A DNA stretch of 64,000 nucleotides from Macrostomum lignano. Its lineage: Eukaryota. Where the stretch lies: NCBI GenBank assembly GCA_002269645.1, contig NIVC01002259.1, positions 62,001 through 126,000 on the forward strand, written 5' to 3'. Within the stretch, counting starts at the first letter, position 1. Every line of letters starts with the position of its first letter. Both the position numbers and the translations under genes were made by a program. The notes under the pieces were generated by a model, which made no database searches, was not told where the DNA came from, and saw nothing but the letters and a program-made list of their open reading frames with translations. Below are positions 14,423 to 27,912 of this stretch, one piece after another.

Positions 14423-15659
14423 ATTAAGACTATTCATTATTATCTGTGTTAAGCTGATTCGGAGTCCATATTTCATAGAAGGTCATTTATCCATAGAGTT
14501 TTTAAAACCCCCAGCATCAGTGTAAGAAGTTACTGTATAACTTGAGTTGCAGCCCCGTGGCCTGTACTTGAGGTGAGCAATTTTTCAAGCTTATTGATAA
14601 GCGTTTATTTTCTAGCGTTTATTTCAACTCGTCATTTATCCATAGTTTTGCTGCGGAGCTGAAGCAATAAACTAATTGCCACCTTTGTTAGGGTACAAAT
14701 AGGAGTGAAAACTGCCGCGGTGCAGGTGTTGAAATACTACGTGCCCGAGTCACGAAATTCAAATGATAGTGCCGCGTCTTTATGATTTTAAATTTAATTC
14801 TAGTGCTGTCAGAGTCCAGTGGGGCGTCAGGAATTTTATATGGTGATGTCAGAGTAGTTCTTGATGCATAGCATCAAATGGCGTTTTACCATAGACACTC
14901 TTGGGACTGGAGAAATTGCAAAAGAAACGGCAATTTCAATCCACTTTTGCGCGTTTGACTTCGGTGAAATTAACCATTGTTCAGCAAATTAAAGTGACGA
15001 AGCTTTACAATAAACTGACTATATAGAACTTCTTGGTCCTTGCGGTGGTACACATCTCATTGTCAAGTGGTTTCATAAATAAGAAACACAAAAATAGCGA
15101 TGAAATGTCTCCCAGAATTAATCTCTCTGAGTGAAAATGAAAACGAGAAAAATAGGTTTCAGATGTTTCTGTTGTTAAGAGTTGCTCGTTTTCTTTCAAT
15201 AAAAATGCTTTAACTATTTAAACAAAATAGAAACAATGTTTAAATATGAAATTACATTTTGGTGACAATTTAAACAAAAGAGATTATCTAGCCAAGCTGT
15301 TGATTATCAAAGCTAATTAGATAATAACTGAACAGCAGCTGCTAAAAGTGCAAAATTAAAGCAATCAGCTGACTCTGAATAATTGGAGGCGCTATTTGCC
15401 TCTGTCTGGGTCAGGCAGTTTATGTACTATTTGAAGTACAACACAACCAAAATTAGTTAGGCGTGTGCACAAGCAAGTAAACCAATTAATGAAATGTTTG
15501 AGTTTCAACTCATTTGGAAACAGTTTCAAGATTTTCCTTTCAAAAAAACAGACACTTGGTGTTGATTTTCTATCAGATTAGTTTGCTATACTAAAGCCTG
15601 GCTGCTGTCAGTAGTACGTATGGAATATTTCAATAACAGACGATGGGAATAAGGGTGCA

Positions 15660-17740
15660 TAAGGGATAAATGGGGATCTGGGAGAATATGGGATGAATAA
15701 GGGATCATCAGGGAGCATATGGGATGAATGGGGATCTGGGAGCATATGGGATGGATGGGGATCAGGGAGCATATGGGATGAATGGGGATCTGGGTGCATA
15801 TGGGTCATGGGATGGATGGGGATCAGGGAGCATATGAGACGGATGGCGATCAGGGAGCATATGAGATGGATGGGGATCTGGGAGCATATGGGATGAATGG
15901 GGATCTGGGAGCATATGAGATGAATGGGGATCTGGGAGCATATGGGATGAATGGGGATCTGGGAGCATATGAGACGGATGGCGATCAGGGAGCATATGAG
16001 ATGGATGGGGATCAGGGAGCATATGGGATGAATGGGGATCTGGGAGCATATGAGATGAATGGGGATCTGGGAGCATATGGGATGAATGGGGATCTGGGAG
16101 CATATGGGATGAATGGGGATCAGGGAGCATACGGGATGGATTGGGATTCAGGGAGCATACGGGATGGATGGGGATCAGGGAGCATACGGGATGGATGGGG
16201 ATCTGGGAGCATACGGGATGGATGGGGATCTGGGAGCATATGGGATGGATGGGGATCTGGGAGCATATGGGATCAGGGAGCATATGGGATGGATGGGGAT
16301 CAGGGAGCATATGGGATGGATGGGGATCAGGGAGCATACGGGATGGATGGGGATCAGGGAGCATACGGGATGGATGGGGATCTGGGAGCATATGGGATGG
16401 ATGGGGATCAGGGAGCATACAGGATGAATGGGGATCTGGGAGCATATGGGATGGATGGGGATCAGGGAGCATACGGAATGGATGGGGATCTGGGAGCATA
16501 TGAGATGAATGGGGATCAGGGAGCATACGGGATGGATGGGGATCTGGGAGCATACGGGATGGATGGGGATCTGGGAGCATACGGGATGGATGGGGATCTG
16601 GGAGCATACGGGATGGATGGGGATCTGGGAGCATACGGGATGGATGGGGATCAGGGAGCATACGGGATGGATGGGGATCTGGGAGCATATGGGATGGATG
16701 GGGATCAGGGAGCATACGGAATGGATGGGGATCAGGGAGCATATGGGATGAATGGGGATCTGGGAGCATACGGGATGGATGGGGATCTGGGAGCATATGG
16801 GATGGATGGGGATCAGGGAGCATACGGAATGGATGGGGATCTGGGAGCATATGGGATGGATGGGGATCAGGGAGCATACGGGATGGATGGGGATCAGGGA
16901 GCATATGGGATGGATGGGGATCTGGGAGCATACGGGATGGATGGGATCTGGGAGCATACGGGATGGATGGGGATCAGGGAGCATATGGGATGGATGGGGA
17001 TCAGGGAGCATACGGGATGGATGGGGATCTGGGAGCATACGGGATGAATGGGGATCTGGGAGCATACGGGATGGATGGGGATCAGGGAGCATACGGGATG
17101 GATGGGGATCAGGGAGCATATGGGATGGATGGGAATCTGGGAGCATACGGGATGGATGGGGATCTGGGAGCATACGGGATGGATGGGGATCTGGGAGCAT
17201 ACGGGATGGATGGGGATCAGGGAGCATACGGGATGGATGGGGATCAGGGAGCATACGGGATGGATGGGGATCTGGGAGCATACGGGATGGATGGGGATCA
17301 GGGAGCATACGGGATGGATGGGGATCTGGGAGCATACGGGATGGATGGGGATCAGGGAGCATACGGGATGGATGGGGATCTGGGAGCATATGGGATCAGG
17401 GAGCATATGGGATGGATGGGGATCTGGGAGCATACGGGATGGATGGGGATCAGGGAGCATACAGGATGGATGGGGATCAGGGAGCATATGGGATGGATGG
17501 GGATCTGGGAGCATACAGGATGGATGGGGATCAGGGAGCATATGGGATCAGGGAGCATATGGGATGGATGGGGATCTGGGAGCATACGGGATGGATGGGG
17601 ATCAGGGAGCATACAGGATGGATGGGGATCAGGGAGCATATGGGATGGATGGGGATCTGGGAGCATACAGGATGGATGGGGATCAGGGAGCATATGGGAT
17701 GGATGGGGATCTGGGAGCATACGGAATGGATGGGGATCTG
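15660..17740. repeat. 27-bp minisatellite (GGGAGCATACGGGATGGATGGGGATCA/T)n
   Basis: About 2-kb G-rich tandem array; source of the MLPDPHPSR/GAYGMDGDQ ORFs. Confidence 0.97.
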
Positions 17741-18526
17741 AAGAACAGAGCCAATTGAGTGGGATAAATGGTATTGTATATTGACAATAGGGCACATAAA
17801 GTAAGTGTAAGCAGAAACGGGCACAGTGGGGAATACCAAAGATTCCCTGAGTGCACAAAACAAAACCGAACAGCTGAAGGGCAGGCACGGAAGCTCAGCA
17901 CAAAAGCAAATGAAAGCATAGCTAATGCAGATATTTAACATATAGCAGCAGATGCAGATCCCAGAGTTGACCTTGAAACCGCAGTGCAATAAGGGCACTT
18001 ATACTCTATTGTTAACAAAATAGTCGAATAATAACAATTTTTACTATTTTAATTATGCAAATTATTGAAAGTCGTAGTAAAGCTTGACTGGACTTGAAAG
18101 AGTAGTTTGAAAACTCCATCAAATAAAAATTAATCAACCATAAACTAGAAGCCTACTCATAGTAGCTCGTATTGCCGATTAAATATTTTGTTCATTTTTG
18201 CATTGAAAATAAGCCATATAGATAAACGGCACTGCACAGTCAGATTAACAGTTATTTATGACCAATGAAAACTTTAAAATACAAATGAAAATTAGATGTA
18301 TACATAACACTCTTACAGTAAGCAGTTTTTCCACTTAGTAACAATAATCAGAAACATACAAGTCTTGTTTGTCCTTATGTGTCTGTCTGTCTGTCTACCA
18401 ACCTACCTGTCTGTAAGCATCAACTTTGGAGCATCAGCATCAAGTCTATCTGTTTCTCTGTCTGTCTATCTTAGTGTCTGCCTGTCTGTCTTAGCGTCTG
18501 TCATCTGCCCGCCTGTTCGCGGCTAT

Positions 18527-18806
18527 CCCAGCAGACACCCCGACAGACACTCCAGCAGACATCCCAACAGGCACTCCAGCAGACATCCCAGCAGACACCC
18601 CAACAGGCACTCCAGCAGACATCCCAGCAGACACCCCAACAGGCACTCCAGCAGACATCCCAGCAGACACCCCAACAGGCACTCCAGCAGACATCCCAGC
18701 AGACACCCCAATAGGCACTCCAGCAGACATCCCAGCAGACACCCCAACAGGCACTCCAGCAGACACCCCAGCAGGCACTCCAGCAGACACCCCAACAGAC
18801 ACTCCA
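18527..18806. repeat. 12-bp unit (CCAGCAGACAYC) with 36-bp higher-order period, in the 3' UTR of the Bcl-2-like gene
   Basis: Tandem periodicity beginning a few bases past the TAG at 18812. Confidence 0.9.
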
Positions 18807-18811
18807 GCCGA

Positions 18812-20805
18812 CTAATCCAGCTCGGACTCGTCCGTATCTTCAACCACGGCCTCCCAGCCGCCGTGCCGCACCACCCACATAGCGTAATGCTCTTCAAAGT
18901 AGCGCAGACAGGCGGCTTTGGCCGAATCGGTCAGATCCGGCCGACGCTTGCACAGCAGCCTGGCGATGCGGTACAGCATGGCGATGCAGCGCCAGGCCAT
19001 CCGGCCGTCGCACAAGATGCGAGTCAGTCGCTCGCTAAATAATTCATAATCAGCCAGACAGTCCAACAGTTGGTCGACATCCGACGCAGTTGGTGATGCC
19101 TCCTCGAGCTGCGGCCTCGCTTTCTTGGCCGCCTCAGCCTCCTCCTCCGTCGCTGTTGGCCCGCCCAACGATGAAGAGGAGGCCTTGGCCCGCGATCGCC
19201 GGTTCTTGGCTCGTAGCGCCAGGCCCAGACTGAAGCTGGTGGCGTCGGCGTCGGCGGAATCGCCGACCAGCTCCCTGGCGATCCGGTCCAGCATCTGCGC
19301 CACCCGGTCAAGGCGCTGCTCTTCGTCTTCATCGCCGGCTGGTGACTGCAGCTGGTGCTGGTGGCAATGCTGCTGCAACCTGTGCTGATGGTGCCAGCAG
19401 GCCCGACGAAAGTCTCGAACTACAATTGCCCGACGCTGTAACTGCTGACGAGTGTGGAACGATGAAGGCGTCGTCGCTGCTGTCGAAGAGCGACGGCCGG
19501 ATCTCGAGGCGGATACCGCAGCCTCCGTGTCTAACAGGGAGCAGCTGTCAGACTGGCGGATGAAAGCATGGGAGAGAAATTGCAGTCAGACGGAGGCTCT
19601 GCCAAACTGACAGATGCGAGGTAGGGAATGGGAGATCTGCTGACGGACTGGGATCTTAAACTTCTCTGATCCTCAAACTTGGATCTTAAAACTTCTTTAA
19701 TCCTCAAACTGGGATCTTAAAACTTCTTTGATCCTCAAACTGGGAACTTAAAACTTCTTTAATCCTCAAACTGGGATCTTAAAACTTCTCTGATCCTCAA
19801 ACTCGGATCTTAAGCTTTTCTGATCCTCAAACTGGGATCTTAAACTTCTCTGATCCTCAAACTGGGATCTTAAAACTTCTTTAATCCTCAAACTGGGATC
19901 TTAAAACTTCTCTGATCCTCAAACTCGGATCTTAAGCTTTTCTGATCCTCAAACTGGAATCTTAAACTTCTCTGATCCTCAAACTGGGATCTTAAACTTC
20001 TCTGATCCTCAAACTGGGATCTTAAACTTCTCTGATCCTCAAACTGGGATCTTAAAACTTCTCTGATCATCAAACTGGGATCTTGACAAGCGGAGATCTG
20101 CTGACGGACTGGGTGAAGAGAGTCGGAGATCTGCTTCTGACTCAATGAAAGATACTGGCTGGAGTATAGCAGTTGCCGCAGTGGCAAAAGCCGCTATCCC
20201 AGCAACAGTAGCTAACCAGAACTTACCCGGCGGCCTCTGCCTCGACCTGGCAGGCTGGAGTGCCTCAGCCTGGCAGCCTCAACGTTGAACGCAATTTCAA
20301 CGAGGCCTGAGCCTGCGCCAGTCCGACGCCGCCTGTGCCCGCTAGCCGAGGCGGCGGAGGCGACAGCGGCGGCTACAGCAGCGGCCGAGACGGCACCGCC
20401 GCCACCATTGTTAACATGGCCGTCGCCTTCGCTAAACGTGAAAGAGCGCAGCCGGCCGCCATTGCCGTCCATGTCGACGTCGCCGCTGGCCAGAGTCGTG
20501 TCGCCGATGCAAGCGGCGCAGGCGCTGCAGCCGGGATCGGAGGCCAGCAATGACGCTGGCGGAGCCTGGGAGGGTGACGAGTCGCTGCGCTGCTCGGCAA
20601 TGACAGCCAGCGGGCTGTCGCTTTCATTGCAATTACTATTAATTTTAATGCTGTTGTTATTGTCACTGCCGACCGATTTGATGTCGCCCTCGCTGCCGCG
20701 CCGACGCAAGAAAATCTCTAACAATAATCGGGCATCGTCTGCAATGGCCCCGGCGGTGGCTGTGGAGTCTGGCTGGAAGGAATGCGACCGGCGCACAGAG
20801 GGCAT
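18812..20805 (-). CDS. Bcl-2 family protein, Bcl-G/BCL2L14-like, no C-terminal TM; about 439 aa
   Basis: Exons 20805-20227 (donor GTAAGT, phase 0) and 19552-18812 (acceptor CCGCCAG), in frame. BH3-like RVAQMLDRIAREL, BH1-like MAWRCIAMLY, BH2 YAMWVVRHGGWEAVV, acidic end EDTDESELD*. Confidence 0.8.
19648..20083. repeat. 30-31-bp minisatellite (CTGGGATCTTAAACTTCTCTGATCCTCAAA)n in the Bcl-2-like intron
   Basis: Tandem periodicity; flanked by 22-bp direct repeat GGAGATCTGCTGACGGACTGGG. Confidence 0.93.
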
Positions 20806-22915
20806 CCTGCTGCGGGCAGCGCCAGTGCTGCTGCGGGTTGGGGGCCAGTCGGCCTGGAAAAGGCGGGTTTCTTATGCAGATTGTCAGCGCAATAGAAAGA
20901 AAGGGAAGCCAGTTATAGTAGACTAGCTCACTAAGCCCCCCATGGGGGGCATCCAAATTCATAATATTTGACTCAGCACTTCCAAATCGAATTTTTCATT
21001 GCAGAATTTTCTTTATTTTTCTATGCATATCGCCTTTGGCAGTTTTGTATTTTTCGATACATATCGGCTTCATTTCTCTAGTTTCATATTTTCCCAATGC
21101 AGACAGACAGACAAACAGCGCAAAATTATAGTAGAGATTAGAGGTTGGGCTCAGTATGGACCCTACAAATATTCTCATTTCTATTGGTATCAGACTATGT
21201 AATTAGGCTGTCTATTAAGATATTTAATAGAGTTCTGCTGCAACCATAACAAGTTTTTACCATCGCCTATCTTTCCCATCTTGTCCCAAACTGACAGCAA
21301 AATTGTAACCTTATCACTCATTAACAAGTCTCATTTATTGTACAAGAATGCCCCCCCCCACTACACCAACCATACAATGTGCATTTGGCATAGAAAATCT
21401 CTGTTGCTTGAGTAGCCTTGAAAATTTGCTTTTTTGGCCTATAGTTAGGTGTACACAGGCACAACTAAACCCTAATGACAATACCAAAAAACAATCATTG
21501 TGACGTTAGTTTTATAATGAAAACATGAAAGTCTCCCATCTCAATTTTTCTTTTCTATAGTGCATTTTTGCACAAACTAGTCTTCAAAAACTTTCTAAGA
21601 AACAAACTGTCCAATCTTGCTTTGATTACTGCATGGGATCCTTGCAGCCAACCAAGCCCATAGAATCAGTAATACTGATATCCGAAGCCTATATTTTTAT
21701 TTATTTGAAAAGAAATGTTCATAATTTATCTTTAATATTATAAATATGATAGCTATCAATTACTTTCTTATGAATTTATTAATAGGTAGCTTTAGATTTT
21801 ATTCAAGTCTTCCATTATGCAATACACAAGCATGATAGCAATAATATATTAAATGAACTTTGATTTGACTAGAATATGGAATAGGGCATGGAACTTAATT
21901 TTTTATAGTATAGAAAAATGATACTGTTGCATTAGTTGCCACAATAGATTTTGTTATCATTTTGCTATTTGTCCAGTTAAATTGCTAATACAAGTAGGCC
22001 TATCTATTTGTTTAGTGATGAATGTCGTAGATTTTTTAAACCTTTTCTCATATCCTGATTAATATTTTGTTATATACTAGTGCAAGCAAAGCAGATATGT
22101 GTAATGCATATGCAATTGGGCATAATTTGATGTATAATACATATACTAGTATAATAATATAATAATCAAGATAGTACTTAGAAGTCTTTAAAGTCCAAGA
22201 ATATTCACCCTTAAGGCTCATTCACATTGCAATCAAATGAAAGACCAAATCACATGACTTGTTTGACCACATAGAATTTCTAACTTTTTCAGTGATCACT
22301 TGAAATCTTAGCTAACTTAGAAAATTTTCAAATTCAGTGACAAAAGTTAATAACGTGAGGGCCAGTTTAGTTAATCAACTAAAATGTTGTACATTGGTTG
22401 CTTGCCTCTTACACAGCACCCCAAGTTGCGCAACACAAAATTCAACTCAAGCCACTCTATTTCAACAACTCTCTGTCTCGTCTAACTGTCATTTTAAAAT
22501 TGATTGGTCATCACACCAGTCAGGTTATTAGCTATTTTATTATTTTCCATCACATGAGCCAGGGGTTGGCAAACTCCAGCCTTACAAAGCCTCTTCATCT
22601 GGCAGTCCTTTGAAACTGCACAATAGCAATCCGGCCCTTGTTGTTTGTCTCTTCTCAGCACTCTTCTCTTTTCTCTCCCCTCTTCTTTCCTCTTTCCCCT
22701 CCTCTCTCTTTCCTACTCTCCCTCTCTTCTTTTTTATCTGATACTTTCTTAGCCTGATTCAATTCTCTTCTACTCTCTCTTCTAGTCTCTCTTTCCTACT
22801 CTCTTTCTTTCTTCTCTTTTCTACTCTCCTAGTTAAATTCATCTTTCCTCTCATTTCTCCTCATTGCTCCTTTATTCTCTCATCTCTCCCTTCTTTATCT
22901 CCTTTCTTTCTTTTT

Positions 22916-24234
22916 TATGAGGGGTATGCAAAAAGTCTTGGCAACTGGCTCATAACTTTTTTAAATAAATGTTTAAATGTAACCATTCTTTAATCTCATA
23001 AATACGAGTATATTTTGCATTTGTTCATAAATTTTCAGCTTATTGCACTGACTTTTTTGCCTCCTAGAGCATTTTGATTAGCGTACAGTCTTGTTTTCAG
23101 CCTTCAAATGGAAAATATCACTGCTGATCAATGGAGATTTTATGTTTTCATGCAATCACAGCTTGGTGAAAACGGAACCAAAATTCATGCCAAGCTAGTT
23201 CAAGTTGTAGCAGATCAGGCCCCTTTATACCACACCATCGCCTGTTGGATTGAATTGGTCAATGCTCCATGACCGACAGCCCTCATTTTGGGAGGCCAAT
23301 GACATCCGTGACCAAGCAGAACATTGTAGCTGTGCAATAGCTAGTGGACAAAGATTGCAATATCACCGTTGCACTACTTAGCCAGACAATTGGCATTTTT
23401 GATGGCAGTGTCCAAACCATCCTGCATGACCATCTTGGCCTCCGCAAGGTCACAGCCCATTGGGTACCTCATGCACTTACAGCAGAGCAGAAGCAGGAGA
23501 AGGTTCAATGCAGCCAAGAATTTCTGCGCTGCTTTGGCAAAGGTGGCACTAAACAACTTACTGATGTCGTGACTAGTGATGAGAAGTGGTTTTACTACTT
23601 CCAAGTGCCTTACAAGAACCAAAACAAGGTTTGGATTGGTCTGATGAAGACTGTCCAACTGTTCTGCGCCCTGGGTTTTGCTCACGGAAGCAGATATTCA
23701 TCATCTTTTTTAGCATCAATGGGCCAGTTGTTATGGTGCCAAATGGACAGAATGTCAATGCCACATTCTATACTGGCGAGGTTTTGCCTAAAGTCGTGGC
23801 TTCAGTCATGGAAAAGCAGCCAACCTGCCTCCAAAGTGGCAGAATTCACTTGCACCACAACAACACCTCTAGCCACATTGTGGCCATGACAATGAGCTTT
23901 TTGGCTGATAACAAGCTCAAGGTGATACTGCACTCTCCATACAATCCTGACTTGGCACCCTGTGACTTCTGGGCCTTCCCAAAGCTAACCAAATGCATGG
24001 CTGGATGCCATTTTCAGTGGCCCCAAGACCTGGCTCACCGCATCAATTCAGAGCTGAACACTATGCTAGCTTCAGAGTACCACACTGCCTTTGAGACATG
24101 GATCCGCTGTCACCAGAAATGCATAGAACATGGTGGAGATTACATTGAAGGACTTTATTAAAGTTTTAAGATTTACTAACAATTCATTTGCAATTGGGAA
24201 CCCAGTTGCTATAACTTTTTGCGCACCTCTCATA
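22916..24234 (+). mobile_element. Mariner (DD34D) DNA transposon, about 1.3 kb, degenerate
   Basis: About 33-bp TIRs TATGAGGGGTATGCAAAAAGT.. / ..ACTTTTTGCGCACCTCTCATA, TA at both ends (coordinates include them). Confidence 0.92.
23108..24161 (+). pseudogene. Mariner transposase pseudogene
   Basis: MENITADQWRF.. start; motifs WVPHALT, VVTSDEKWFYY, HHNNTSSH (degenerate HHDNA), HSPYNPDLAPCDFWAFPKL; frameshifts and a stop split it across ORFs 23344 and 23586. Confidence 0.92.
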
Positions 24235-26296
24235 TTCCCTCTCATCTCCTCTTTCCTCCAGATCACAGTCATGCTCTTTATCTGGCCCTTGGGATAAAAA
24301 AGTTTGCCAATCCCTGACATAAGCAAAATGAGCAAGCGTGAAAAAAATAGTGCTTGTTGGTTGCTACTAGAACCCCTGGTAAACAAAGTGCAAGAAAATC
24401 CTGCTCTATATACAACCTTTTTTCCTTTGGCACCCTGACAATTGAAATACCAGGAAAAAGGACAATTGGAAAAAGTTTAGATGCTAGGTTGTTTGTTATC
24501 TTGCGCCAGTTATATTAACAAGAGCACTGGCATTTGTATCTAATACAGATTGTATACTAGTATTGAATTCAAAGCAAAAAATAGTTTTCTCAAATATGCT
24601 AAAAATATGTATAATTTTGAGCTTAGCTAGAGATATGTGCACATAGTATTGCTTGTGCAACAAATTGGAAAACTTGCATCACCCTCCTCTAAACCCCAGC
24701 CCAGTCATTCTTCTTAGTATATTAGTTGATTACAGTGTAAACACTTGCAATCACACGTAAGTCTGTTGATGTCATGCAAAACTAAGGTGATTGTCAAAGA
24801 TATGTTAATCATCAATTGAAATTTTGTGTGATCACTCAAAAAACTGGCCTCATTTGATGGCAGTGTGAATGGGCTTTTATAGTTTCTGTAAAATTGAATA
24901 TCAATTTAATTGGACAAATAACAAAATGTCTATTTGTCTAATATTAACTAGATAAATAGGGAAACATGACTAGGCTATTATCCAATAACTGGACAAATTA
25001 CCATATTGCTATTTGTCCAGTCATTGAACAAATAACTGCCATGAAAAAATAGGCCTATCCAATTCCAATTACCAAAATTAAATGCTAGACCTACTTAACA
25101 AATTTGAATAATAGGCCTAGTTGAAGTAGCTAAATATAAAATGTTGAATTTGAATGTTAGCTTGTTGAAATAGAATGGAAAAAAGTTTATACTAGGCCTA
25201 TTATTAATTTTTTTAGTTATATATATTATTAACTTATTATCATCTCTATAGTGAAAGATTATTGCAATTTTTTATGTTAAAACTAGTTAGAAGTAGCCTA
25301 AGATGTCTGATTCTAGGCTGATTATAGTTTTAGATGCAAATATTATACTCATGACATTATACTTTAGACTTAGGCCTAGTAAGTAAAGCAGAGCTTTATT
25401 TTCCTTTTTAAGCCAAGAAATATTCTATTAAGTACAAGAAAAATAGGAAAATATTGAATAGGCTAACTTGCAGTATAGGCCTTACCTATGACTTCAAAAT
25501 TAGATTTTTCTAAGAAATTTGTGTAAAAATAGCTATAGTATTTTAGGACTAGGTGTAATAATAATAGCTAAAAATAGCAGTTGATGTTGATGCAAAAGTA
25601 AATAGAATAGGCCTACTGTATCAGGTAATATGCCAAGTAATAGGAGTAAGTTTTATAGACAATTGAATAAGATGTAGCAAAAGTTATTTCAAGGCCAGAA
25701 GCCTTAGCTGCATGCTTAAATGCCTTAGCTGCAAATTCATAGCATCAAACCTGTTTGTCGAAAATTCAGTTTAAATGTACTTGTAGAGTCGTAGACAGAC
25801 GACACTGGGCATTGTATAGTTCTCAGAAAATGGGTAAAAAATTCCATATTTAAATATACGCCATTGTATTTGTAGTTTTGTATACGCCAAGGACGACTAA
25901 GTATATGCCTTGGTATACGCCTTTTCTTAGGGTGACGGTATGATAGGCCTACAATTAGCCTTACCCCCCAAAAAGGTTTAAATTTTATATCAAATCACTT
26001 TAACATCAGAAATTATTTATAAAACATAGAGTTCCTCTCTTTGCCTTAGATATATTTTTATAGAGTTTATTCTACGTTACGCTATGTTTAAAGTTAGACC
26101 TGAAATAAACTACCATTTAGGTACATGTTTTCCTGTAGTGTGCAAGCAATTGACATAGTGCGCAATTAAATTCAAACATCAACTATTCATGTATTTAAGA
26201 TCTAGCAGCAAGACCAACACTGCACTCTACATGAGGGCATGCTTGATGCAGCCTTCCAACCTGCTATATAGCCAATATAGGTGGCAACTTCAACTG

Positions 26297-26560
26297 GGAG
26301 CCTCTTCACGGCAATCGATTCCAGAACCAGAATCGGTTCGGATTTCCAAGAAAAAAAGCAGTATAACTATTTAACTTTGTTGAATGTTCGAGTGCCCTAA
26401 CAGCATCACTTTGCACAATTTTTCACTTTCTTCTTGGCTATTGCCATTCAATAATCAAAGTATTAAAGCACTAATATCCCTCTAGTTATGGAGACAAAAA
26501 GTTAAACTTTACAAATTGGTTCTGGTTCTAGAACCAGAACAAGCAATATGAAGAGCCTCT
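26297..26560 (+). mobile_element. About 265-bp MITE-like dispersed repeat, copy 1
   Basis: Colinear with 52004-52268 (TTCCAGAACCAGAATCGGTTCGG..CTAGTTATGGAGACAAAAAGTTA..GGTTCTGGTTCT); degenerate TIRs. Confidence 0.75.
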
Positions 26561-27130
26561 GGCTAGCCATGTCATATCATCCAGTCGGAGGCTTGTTGCC
26601 AGTCGGAGACTACTACTCAAACTGCAAGGACCATAGGCCTATAGGCTAGGCTAAGGGCGCATGACAAGATATTCTAACAGGCTTTTGACCAATGTTGGCA
26701 CCCCAGACCAAGCTAGGGGTAGGCCCTATGACTTTCTGAGGGCTATGGCCCAGAGATATACTCTCTGACTTCTCCCCTTTCTAGCCATTGTGTGGCTGGC
26801 GGGTGAATTACTTTGTTGTTGTTATTGGGTCTCTAGTATATGCAATGTATATTTTTTGGCAATCTTAGGCCTACCACATAAAATATGATTAAGGCCTTAT
26901 TTATTGATTGATATAAGGCCTAACTAGGCCTATTATTTTCAATTGTTTAATTTCTATGCATGTTTTTTTATAGTTTTTACAATTTGGAACATCAAAATAA
27001 CATAGGCCTACAAAAGTAGTGCACATATGGCAAATAGATTGTCTCCCAAAAAATATTATTAATTATACTATGCTATTTAGATTAGTAGCACAACCAGAAA
27101 TTTGTTAAGGGAGCCAAGAGGATAGATTCT

Positions 27131-27865
27131 AGAAAAAGTAGAATTAAGAAGGTGAGTGCTATCATTTTTTATGCGACATGTTTTGCCTCGCGTTAGGCAT
27201 TGTGGACTAGTTTCCACAAAGAAATTTGCTTTATTAGCACCTATTTTTCCAAAAACAACTACCTGAAACAGTTCCTCGATTACCACATTAGGAAATTCAT
27301 TGATGGTAAAGTCGCAAATCCTAACAATAGACAGAATAAGGAAGAACAGAAAGATCTGAGGATTGATTGCACCTATATCTTCATTCCTTTCTATGGGCCT
27401 GCTTCTGTTCATTTTAAAAAGAACCTCATCAGAGCATTTTATAAGTATTTAAATGTGAAGCTCATGGTCACTTTCCATTGCAAGAAAATCAATCATTTTG
27501 TTAAGAATTTGAAATGCCAAATTCCCAGCTCCTTATAGGCAGGTGTTGTTTACCAATTCAATGCTCTGGCAACTAGAGTATCACCTACATAGGTGAAACT
27601 ACCCGATACCTATACGTGAGAAGTAGAGAACATAGGCAAAAGATGTCGGCCATGCACGACCACCTGATGATATGCAAAGAATGCTGTGACAGCCAAATAG
27701 ATAAAAACTTTTCCACCATCCATATGTGCTCAAATGAGTACAGACTAAAAGTGCTTAAAGCCCTGTATATAAAATTGCGTAAACTAATCCTAAATAAGCA
27801 ACTTGCCAATCACAGTGCCAGTGCCCTCTTTAGAGTATTCTAGGTGTACACTTGTGCTCATCTCA

Positions 27866-27912
<47 letters not shown>

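Larger units (their letters stand above)
22560..24316 (-). mobile_element. hAT MITE copy 2, interrupted by a mariner insertion
   Basis: TIRs CAGGGGTTGGCAAAC / GTTTGCCAATCCCTG; TSD ACATGAGC/ACATAAGC (7 of 8); shares AGGGCCAGATAAA, CATGACTG, TCAAAGGACT and the GA tract with copy 1. Confidence 0.78.

Noticed and set aside
15693-17998. Collagen-like GAYGMDGDQ and MLPDPHPSR ORFs
   Set aside because: A 27-bp minisatellite open on both strands, with frequent frame-breaking unit deletions
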